DNA of 32,000 bases, taken from NCBI RefSeq assembly GCF_000013905.1, contig NC_007969.1, positions 960,001-992,000 of the forward strand, in the 5' to 3' direction. Source of the DNA: Psychrobacter cryohalolentis K5 (GTDB lineage: Bacteria; Pseudomonadota; Gammaproteobacteria; Pseudomonadales; Moraxellaceae). The first letter of the stretch is position 1, and every line of letters begins with the position of its first letter. Of this stretch, positions 25,482-32,000 are shown in pieces. Below the pieces are notes generated by a model. The model ran no database searches and was not told the origin of the DNA. It saw nothing but the letters and a program-made list of their open reading frames with translations. A program made the position numbers and the translations under genes.

Positions 25482-26051
25482 TCAAAAGTTATAATGTACT
25501 GATAAGCCATAATAATCTGGCGATAAGTTGGTGGCGATATGCAGCTGATCATCTTGATAGCTTTTCGTCAGATACATACTGCTCGCCATACCTAAGGCAG
25601 CGCCTGCCAATACATCGACAGCGTCATGCTCATCGGCTTCAATGCGGCTATAAGCCACAAAACCTGCGCCAATATAGGCAGGAACACTATATTTTAGTCC
25701 ATAGCGTTTATGAATAAAGCTGGCTCCCTGAAAGGCTCTTGAGGTATGACCAGATGGATAAGAATCATCATCGCTGCCATCTGGGCGCTCTTTACTAATC
25801 ACAGATTTTAGGGCATAAGTGGCTGCAACATTGGTTGCAAATGAATAATAAAATTGCTCTCGTCCCTCTTTATCATCCATATAATAAGTGCTACCGTAAG
25901 CAACTGCTGGTATAGCGAAAGATAGAATGTCACCCGCCTTGTCGATATTATCGCTACTACTGGCGTGAGCTGGCATAGCGACAAGCAAGCTGCTCGATAA
26001 TAAAAAACTACTGGGTAATAAAATGATAGCGGAAGCGTTTTTGCTGATCAT
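25482..26051 (-). CDS. PAP2-family phosphatase with signal peptide
   Basis: 189 aa. Signal peptide ends AMPAHA/SS. The PAP2 tripartite motif is KSVISKERP, PSGH, SRIEADEHDAVD. Confidence 0.85.
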   Translation of the reverse strand: MISKNASAIILLPSSFLLSSSLLVAMPAHASSSDNIDKAGDILSFAIPAVAYGSTYYMDDKEGREQFYYSFATNVAATYALKSVISKERPDGSDDDSYPSGHTSRAFQGASFIHKRYGLKYSVPAYIGAGFVAYSRIEADEHDAVDVLAGAALGMASSMYLTKSYQDDQLHIATNLSPDYYGLSVHYNF

Positions 26052-26225
26052 TGCGGCAATCCTAAAGAGGGTTTATAGAGCAGATGAAGGAAAACCGCAT
26101 TATACTACAACTGCTTGCTCCTAAATTCAGCGCTCACATATTTACAGGTCAGTTTTATAGCCGATATCTGTCTCAGCTACATTTATTAATAATAACAACT
26201 GAATAAAACCTATCAAGGATAGAGT

Positions 26226-26762
26226 ATGATTTATCAATATTTAGACAAAGTGCCTACATTCGCTGTACCCTTTAATGGTTGGGTTGCAGACTCAGCACGC
26301 GTGATAGGCGACGTGTATTTGGGTCATCAGTCAAGCGTCTGGTTTGGCGCAGTGATTCGTGGCGACAATGAACGCATCCATATCGGTGACTATACTAACG
26401 TGCAAGAAAACAGTGTTATTCATACTGATGCTGGTATCGAGGTAAAAATCGGTAATCATGTCACCATTGGTCATTTAGCGATGCTGCATGGCTGCGAAAT
26501 CGGTGATAATAGCTTGATCGGCATTGGCGCAGTCATCTTGAATAATGCCAAAATCGGCAAAAACTGTATTATCGGTGCCAAAGCCTTGGTCACCGAAGGC
26601 AAAGAGATACCAGATAATTCTCTCGTTGTGGGCGCTCCTGCAACAGTGGTCAAAACTTTGACTGATGAACAGGCAGTCATGATGAAACTGTCAGCGCTAC
26701 ATTATAGCGATCGTTGTCAGAAGTTTAAAACGGGTCTTAGAGAGATTGAGCAACCAGAATAA
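26226..26762 (+). CDS. Gamma-carbonic-anhydrase-like hexapeptide-repeat protein (YrdA/PaaY family)
   Basis: 178 aa. Left-handed beta-helix repeats and the conserved pattern VWFGAVIRGD...IGDYTNVQENSVIHTD...IGHLAMLHGCEIG. RBS AAGGA. Confidence 0.85.
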   Translation: MIYQYLDKVPTFAVPFNGWVADSARVIGDVYLGHQSSVWFGAVIRGDNERIHIGDYTNVQENSVIHTDAGIEVKIGNHVTIGHLAMLHGCEIGDNSLIGIGAVILNNAKIGKNCIIGAKALVTEGKEIPDNSLVVGAPATVVKTLTDEQAVMMKLSALHYSDRCQKFKTGLREIEQPE

Positions 26763-26848
26763 GTTGCTAATGAACAATCACTAATCAACAGTTACTAACG
26801 ACCGATTACTATTAATTATTACCAATTGTCATTAATGAGTCTTTTATT

Positions 26849-27556
26849 ATGAGCACGCCAAGCATTGTCAGCCAGACTGTCTCACGCACCTTAGCGCTAT
26901 TTGATTTAGACCATACTTTGCTCGATGTCGATAGCGACTACTTATGGGGCGAATATATCGTCAAGCATAATCTTGTCGACGAAGCCGAGTATCGCACTGC
27001 CAACCAGAAATTTTATAATGATTATATCGAAGGTACGCTTGATGCGACGGAATATAATGAATTTGTGGCACAGTTTTTAAGTAGCTTATCAATGGATAGG
27101 TTGCATGAGTTGCGAGAAGACTATATTAAAAGTGAAATCGAGCCGCATATCCGCCCAAAAGCGATGGAAGTACTGTGTCAGCATGTTGAAGCAGGTCACG
27201 ATGTGGTGATTATTTCGGCGACCAATGACTTTGTCGTTTCGGCGATTGCTAAGCGTTTTGGGATTGAAGACGGCAATGTGCTCTCAACGCCTCTTGAGAT
27301 AAAAGATGAGCGCTATACGGGTAAATTGACCGATAAGCCAAACTTTAAAGAAGGTAAAATTTATCATTTGGATAAATGGATTGGCAAACAGCAACTGGCT
27401 GGCATTCATTTTGACAAGACTTATGCCTACTCTGACTCCAAAAATGATCTTCCGCTGCTTGAATGGGCGGATGTGGCTATTTGTGTGTCGCCCGATGATG
27501 CGCTACATGCCCATGCGTTGGCACACCGCTGGGCGGTTGAGGATTGGTCAATTTAA
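26849..27556 (+). CDS. HAD-IB family hydrolase (SerB-like/TIGR01490-type)
   Basis: 235 aa. Motif I is FDLDHTL (DxDxT). Also a cap domain, ISATNDF, and the C-terminal YSDSKNDLPLL motif. Confidence 0.8.
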   Translation: MSTPSIVSQTVSRTLALFDLDHTLLDVDSDYLWGEYIVKHNLVDEAEYRTANQKFYNDYIEGTLDATEYNEFVAQFLSSLSMDRLHELREDYIKSEIEPHIRPKAMEVLCQHVEAGHDVVIISATNDFVVSAIAKRFGIEDGNVLSTPLEIKDERYTGKLTDKPNFKEGKIYHLDKWIGKQQLAGIHFDKTYAYSDSKNDLPLLEWADVAICVSPDDALHAHALAHRWAVEDWSI

Positions 27557-27650
27557 AAGATGAAAATAGCGGCTAAAATTAGCCAAACATTTCACCTGAA
27601 TCTCATTTAAAATAGCGCTATCGTATCTTTTAAAATATATAGGAACCTTT

Positions 27651-28746
27651 ATGGAAATCAATCCGTATCAAGAACGAATTAAAGACTTATCTGAGCGTGG
27701 GCAGGACTTGCGGAGGTATCTTTGACTTCGATGGTAAGCAAGAACGCTTAGAAGAAGTCAATTTAGAGTTAGAAAACCCCGAGCTATGGAATGATCCAGA
27801 ACGTGCGACCAAGATTAATAAAGAAAAAAGTCAGCTTGATGGTGTGATTGATGTGGTGGTGTCGCTTGAAACTACATTGGAAGATGCATCTGCCATGCTG
27901 GAGCTGGCGGTAGAAGCAGAGGATGAATCCTTGCTGGCGGATGTGCAAGCCGAATTAGACAACGCTGAAAAGCGCGTTGCCGATTTAGAGTTTCGCCGGA
28001 TGTTTAGCGGTGAGATGGACCCAAATAATTGCTACTTGGACATCCAGTCAGGTAGTGGAGGTACAGAGGCGCAAGATTGGGCAGAAATGCTACTGCGTAT
28101 GTATACGCGCTGGGCGGAAGCGCATGGCTTTAAAGTTGAAGTGATTGAAGTATCATCAGGTAGTGTCGCTGGTATCAAGTCGGCCACGATTGAGATTAAA
28201 GGGAACTATGCCTTTGGTTGGTTACGTACCGAAATCGGCGTCCATCGCTTAGTGCGTAAGTCACCATTTGATAGCAATAACGGTCGTCATACCTCATTTG
28301 CCGCCGTTTTTGTGTCGCCTGAAATTGATGATAATATCGAAATTGATATCAATCCAGCAGATTTGCGTATCGATACCTATCGCTCTTCTGGCGCAGGTGG
28401 TCAGCACGTAAACACCACCGATTCTGCGGTACGTATCACCCACGAGCCAAGTGGCGTAGTGGTCACTTGTCAGAACGAGCGTAGCCAGCATGGTAATAAA
28501 GCGACGGCGATGAAAATGCTACGTGCTAAGCTCTATGAGCTAGAGATGCAAAAGCGTATGGAATCCCAGCAAGCGGTTGAAGATGGCAAGTCCGACGTCG
28601 GTTGGGGCAGTCAAATCCGCTCTTACGTGCTTGATGACTCTCGTATCAAAGACTTGCGTACTGGCGTCGAAACCTTTAACACCGGTGCGGTACTCGATGG
28701 CGATCTCGATCAATTTATCGAAGCGAGCCTAAAAGCGGGTCTATAA
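27651..28746 (+). CDS. prfB: Peptide chain release factor 2, expressed via programmed +1 frameshift: join(27651..27722, 27724..28746)
   Basis: Frame 0 reads [24 protein letters not shown], then TGA at 27723-27725. The +1 frame continues [12 protein letters not shown]... to 28746. SPF and GGQ motifs are present ([21 protein letters not shown]). Confidence 0.95.
27712..27726 (+). promoter_or_regulatory. prfB +1 frameshift site: internal SD-like GGAGG, then TAT CTT TGA C
   Basis: GGAGG at 27712-27716, slippery CTT at 27720-27722, in-frame TGA at 27723-27725 followed by C. Identical in form to the classical E. coli site. Confidence 0.9.
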
Positions 28747-28815
28747 AGCTGGACTGTAAAAATAGAATATAAAGACAGATTTAAAATATCAACCAACACT
28801 TAATTAAGGAAAATT

Positions 28816-29100
28816 ATGCCAAGCGTTAATAATTATTTTGAAAACAAAGTGACTTCTATTGCCTTTCAAACGGCAACTAAGCCTGCAACAGTTGGCGTGA
28901 TGGAAATTGGCGAGTACGAGTTTGGTACCAGCGAATTTGAAACCATGAGCGTAGTCAGTGGTGCATTGACGGTCAAATTGCCAGAAAGTGATGAGTGGCA
29001 AACCTTTAATGCTGGCGAGCAATTTACCATTGAAGCCAATCAGAAGTTTCAAGTAAAAGTGGAAGTTGAGTCTGCTTATTTATGTACTTACGGTAAATAG
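28816..29100 (+). CDS. ppnP: Pyrimidine/purine nucleoside phosphorylase PpnP (UPF0345/DUF1255)
   Basis: 94 aa. [12 protein letters not shown]...[25 protein letters not shown] matches the YaiE/PpnP family. RBS AAGGA. Confidence 0.85.
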   Translation: MPSVNNYFENKVTSIAFQTATKPATVGVMEIGEYEFGTSEFETMSVVSGALTVKLPESDEWQTFNAGEQFTIEANQKFQVKVEVESAYLCTYGK

Positions 29101-29126
29101 CCATTTCCCATATGAGTACAGTCGTC

Positions 29127-29160
29127 AAAAAAACGCCAAGTTAATGCTTGGCGTTTTTTT
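29127..29160. terminator. Bidirectional rho-independent terminator between convergent ppnP and GNAT genes
   Basis: A7-CGCCAAG(29134-29140)-TTAATG-CTTGGCG(29147-29153)-T7. Confidence 0.8.
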
Positions 29161-29213
29161 ATGAGTACTTTATTTTCCGACTAATTTCAAACAATAAAAC
29201 AAGCTAATACAAT

Positions 29214-29690
29214 CTATAAGTTCTTACGGTATTGCACCATATCTGTTTGAGTGGCGATTGTGTCATAGAGTTTGCGCGCTGTGGTGTTTCCCTCTTGGGT
29301 TGTCCAATAAACGCGGTTGCAGTTTTGCTGGCGTGCAAACTCATAAACCTGTTCAATCAATGCACGTCCTACGCCTTGCCCTCGTACAGATTGATTCACG
29401 TATAAATCCTCTAAGTAGCAGCATTCAGTGCTATTCCAAGTATTGGGGTGTAGCACCACATGCGTGATACCTACCAACTTGTCGTCTTGCCAAGCACCAA
29501 AACCATAAATCGACACATTACTATCGAGCAAACTGTGCCACGTTGCATTCGTCGTTTCTAATGGCAAGCTGCTCTCATAAAACGTCAGATAGCTTTGCCA
29601 TAGGCTTAACCAAGCATCGTAATCACTTTGAGATAATGGCATTATTTTTAAAGAGCCATTAGTTGGGTTTATAGGAGTGGCGTTTGTCAT
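29214..29690 (-). CDS. GNAT family N-acetyltransferase
   Basis: 158 aa. Acetyl-CoA binding motif A is VRGQGVGRALIE. Confidence 0.85.
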   Translation of the reverse strand: MTNATPINPTNGSLKIMPLSQSDYDAWLSLWQSYLTFYESSLPLETTNATWHSLLDSNVSIYGFGAWQDDKLVGITHVVLHPNTWNSTECCYLEDLYVNQSVRGQGVGRALIEQVYEFARQQNCNRVYWTTQEGNTTARKLYDTIATQTDMVQYRKNL

Positions 29691-29864
29691 ATTAATGGTG
29701 TCTTTAGTCAGTTTGTCTTAAATTATGCCGTAGCGCCCAAAATCTACAAGCCATTTATCGGTTTTATTTTACACAGCATTACACATTGTCCATGGCAAGT
29801 ACACAGCAATGATAATGGCGGTTGATTATGCTAAAACAACGATATTAGTAAATGAGTATTTTTT

Positions 29865-30992
29865 ATGGCGAAGTCAAATCAACCAACCAATATACAAGAT
29901 GTGCGCCATGATTATGAGCACTTGGCGAGCCTCGCAAACTTACGTTATGTCAGCGATACCGATCCTGGATATGGGCGTCGGCGTTCTGGGCGTGGCTTTA
30001 CTTATCGAGATGCCACTGGCAAAACGGTCAAAGATAAAGCCTTGCGTCAGCGCTTTGATGCTTTAGTCATACCGCCGATGTGGTCAGAAGTTTGGATATG
30101 CCAAGATGATAAAGGACATCTACAATCGACAGGTCGAGATGATAAAGCGCGTAAGCAGTATTTATATCATTCAGAGTGGGATCGGGTACGTGACCAAGCC
30201 AAGTTTAATGCCATGATAGGTTTTGCTGAAGCATTGCCCAATCTGCGTGCGCAAGTTGAAAAAGATTTAGAAGCCAAACCCTTATCACGTGACAATGTGT
30301 TGGCAGCAGTGGTCAAATTACTTGAGACCACTTTGATTCGTATCGGTAATAGTCGTTACGCCAAGCTCAATAAAAGTTATGGTTTAAGCACGTTACGCAG
30401 TAAGCATGTCAGCGAAACGGATACTGGACTGGCATTTGACTTTGTCGGTAAAAGTGCCAAAGAGCATCATATAGAATTGCAAGATGAGCGTTTGATTGAC
30501 ATCATCCAAGCGTGCTCTGAGCTGCCCGGTTATCAAGTATTCAAATACTTAGATGAAGAGGGCAATAAGCAAGTCGTTGATAGCGCTGATATCAATGATT
30601 ATCTGCGTACGCATACCTGTGGTAATGAGTGTGAAAGTTATAGCGGCAATTTATACAGTGCAAAAGACTTTCGTACTTGGATGGCAAGTGTATTGGCAGC
30701 AAGCTACCTTTATGATGAGCTGCAAACCAAATCTGGTAAATTGATTTTAGCCAGTGCGCTCGATAGTAAAGAGCGTCAGCAACTGGTGACTGATATGGTA
30801 AAAAGCGTCGCCGATGAGCTCGGCAATACCCCAACGGTCTGTCGATCCTCTTATATCAATCCTATTATTATCCAGCAGTTTTTAGCAGGGGAGTTTTTTG
30901 AGCCTTATAAACAAGCGCGCCGTGGACGTACCAAACGGCATCAAAGCTGTGAAGAGAAGGCGTTACTTGGGTTTTTGAGCGCGCGACAGTAA
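29865..30992 (+). CDS. DNA topoisomerase IB (poxvirus-like bacterial TopIB)
   Basis: 375 aa. The N-terminal LRYVSDTDPGYGRRRSGRGFTYRD...IPPMWSEVWIC...GHLQSTGRDDKARKQYLYH is typical of bacterial TopIB. The C-terminal CRSSYINP carries the candidate catalytic Tyr (codon 30852-30854). Confidence 0.85.
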   Translation: MAKSNQPTNIQDVRHDYEHLASLANLRYVSDTDPGYGRRRSGRGFTYRDATGKTVKDKALRQRFDALVIPPMWSEVWICQDDKGHLQSTGRDDKARKQYLYHSEWDRVRDQAKFNAMIGFAEALPNLRAQVEKDLEAKPLSRDNVLAAVVKLLETTLIRIGNSRYAKLNKSYGLSTLRSKHVSETDTGLAFDFVGKSAKEHHIELQDERLIDIIQACSELPGYQVFKYLDEEGNKQVVDSADINDYLRTHTCGNECESYSGNLYSAKDFRTWMASVLAASYLYDELQTKSGKLILASALDSKERQQLVTDMVKSVADELGNTPTVCRSSYINPIIIQQFLAGEFFEPYKQARRGRTKRHQSCEEKALLGFLSARQ

Positions 30993-31194
30993 ACCATTAC
31001 TAAGTAACTGTTTTTAGGGAATAATAAAAATGATACGTTATGTATTGAAATAAGTATAAAAATACGTTACTAATAGAGCATGTGCCATTTAAGATGTTTA
31101 AATGGTTGATCAAATATAGCTGTTTTACGATTTATTCTATTATTTCTAACTCTCTGATTTTGTCAGTGATTCTCGATTGCTAAAGGATTAGCTT

Positions 31195-32000
31195 ATGAAT
31201 ACCTCTCCTTCAAGTACTACCTCTTTAAACACCCCTTCAAATCATGCTGTAAATACCTCACAGGCGCTAACGAGTTATAGTGACTATTATAATAATTTTG
31301 ATATGAACGCATTACTGACAGAGATATTTGGTGAAAATGTAGATGATCGTTTAAACGCCTATATGGCGTGCTGTGGACGTCATGTACGTGACGGTCGCGG
31401 TGATAATATTGCGCTAGTTCATGAAGATACGGCTGGCAATGTCACGCGTATGAGCTTTGCTGAGCTTGATAAAGCAAGTGCACAGGTTGCCAGTTTACTA
31501 CTTTCTTATGGCGTGCAAGCGGGTGACCAAGTGGCAACTATGCTACCGCGTACCCCTGAGTTACTCACCATTGTATTAGCCACTTGGCGGATTGGCGCAG
31601 TCTATCAACCGCTGTTTACCGCCTTTGGTTATGATTCGATTAAGTATCGAATGGACAAAGCTAATACTAAAGTTGTTTTTACCAATCAAGACAATCGTGG
31701 CAAGTTTGACGACTTGGCGAAGCAAACCAAAATGGTGTTGGTTGGTAGCAAGGTAGATGCGCAAAGCTGGGGTGATGATAACTATGCTGACAAGATATCA
31801 AAGCAGCCACAAACTATAGAATCAGTGTTACTAAATACCGATGCACCATTTTTACAGATGTTTACCTCGGGTACGGTTGGTAAGTCAAAAGGCGTTAGTG
31901 TGCCACTAAGCGCACTTTCGGCTTTTTATCTGTACATGCGTTATGCAATTGACCTGCGCGCGGATGACAACTACTGGAATATGGCAGATCCAGGCTGGGC
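31195..32000 (+). CDS. AMP-dependent synthetase/ligase (acyl-CoA synthetase family), N-terminal part; continues beyond the right edge
   Basis: Absent from the track because it has no stop in the window. ATG at 31195 with AAGGAT 6 nt upstream; the frame is open to 32000. Contains the AMP-binding P-loop FTSGTVGKSKG. Confidence 0.8.
   Translation, partial: MNTSPSSTTSLNTPSNHAVNTSQALTSYSDYYNNFDMNALLTEIFGENVDDRLNAYMACCGRHVRDGRGDNIALVHEDTAGNVTRMSFAELDKASAQVASLLLSYGVQAGDQVATMLPRTPELLTIVLATWRIGAVYQPLFTAFGYDSIKYRMDKANTKVVFTNQDNRGKFDDLAKQTKMVLVGSKVDAQSWGDDNYADKISKQPQTIESVLLNTDAPFLQMFTSGTVGKSKGVSVPLSALSAFYLYMRYAIDLRADDNYWNMADPGW

Noticed and set aside
25482-26051. PAP2 phosphatase ending in ...SVHYNF as a possible outer-membrane beta-barrel fusion
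   Set aside because: A terminal aromatic residue alone is insufficient evidence. The protein is only 189 aa and is mostly accounted for by the PAP2 core, so there is no room for a barrel.
29214-29690. GNAT as a toxin of a GNAT/RHH toxin-antitoxin pair
   Set aside because: No small antitoxin ORF is adjacent or overlapping. The gene shares a bidirectional terminator with ppnP and looks like a stand-alone housekeeping acetyltransferase.
29809-30066. 85-aa ORF overlapping the TopIB 5' end in another frame
   Set aside because: The overlapping frame starting at 29865 encodes a full-length recognisable TopIB. This ORF has no motifs.
31576-31764. 62-aa minus-strand ORF
   Set aside because: It is antisense to the open plus-strand frame from 31195, which contains the AMP-binding P-loop.
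1-32000. Scan for tRNA/rRNA genes, CRISPR arrays, IS elements, integrases, prophage genes or defence-system genes
   Set aside because: I found no T-loop-like GGTTCGAATCC motifs in intergenic DNA and no regularly spaced direct repeats. I found no transposase- or integrase-like ORFs and no terminal inverted repeats flanking a gene block. By-eye composition is uniform apart from AT-rich intergenic regions.

Overview
This looks like an ordinary chromosomal window from a moderately AT-rich gammaproteobacterium. The protein sequences and the carA-carB-greA synteny suggest Moraxellaceae (Psychrobacter-like), but that is inference I cannot confirm without a search. I support 26 protein-coding genes, two of them partial at the window edges and therefore missing from the ORF track. 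I found no rRNA, tRNA, CRISPR array, IS element or integrase.

- **Left third (1417-14004):** a catabolic supercluster for omega-amino acids, polyamines and glutarate. It contains IclR-gcdH-CoA transferase, IclR-gabD-gabT-APC permease, a Sad/YneI-like succinate-semialdehyde dehydrogenase, agmatine deiminase, and an apparently N-terminally truncated cupin regulator remnant.
- **Middle (14213-19350):** a GT4 glycosyltransferase, a radical-SAM plus DUF4130 pair, and a Thr/Val-rich secreted DUF11 protein. These sit among unusually structured intergenic DNA. The radical-SAM/DUF4130 pair belongs to the TIGR03916/TIGR03915 type of putative DNA modification/repair cassette, which is widespread but functionally uncharacterised.
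- **Right part:** housekeeping genes (greA, carB, carA, prfB, ppnP) mixed with a PAP2 phosphatase, a gamma-carbonic-anhydrase-like protein, a HAD-IB hydrolase, a GNAT, a bacterial type IB topoisomerase, and the start of an AMP-dependent ligase. prfB carries the classical programmed +1 frameshift.

The best candidate for an undescribed system is the radical-SAM/DUF4130 cassette together with its highly structured 416-bp upstream region. Secondary curiosities are the back-to-back aguA/cupin start codons, an aguA-sad pairing without aguB, the compound structure between gcdH and the CoA transferase, an 830-bp gene-poor region at 590-1416, and the TopIB gene. All family assignments come from motif recognition by eye; no database search was possible.
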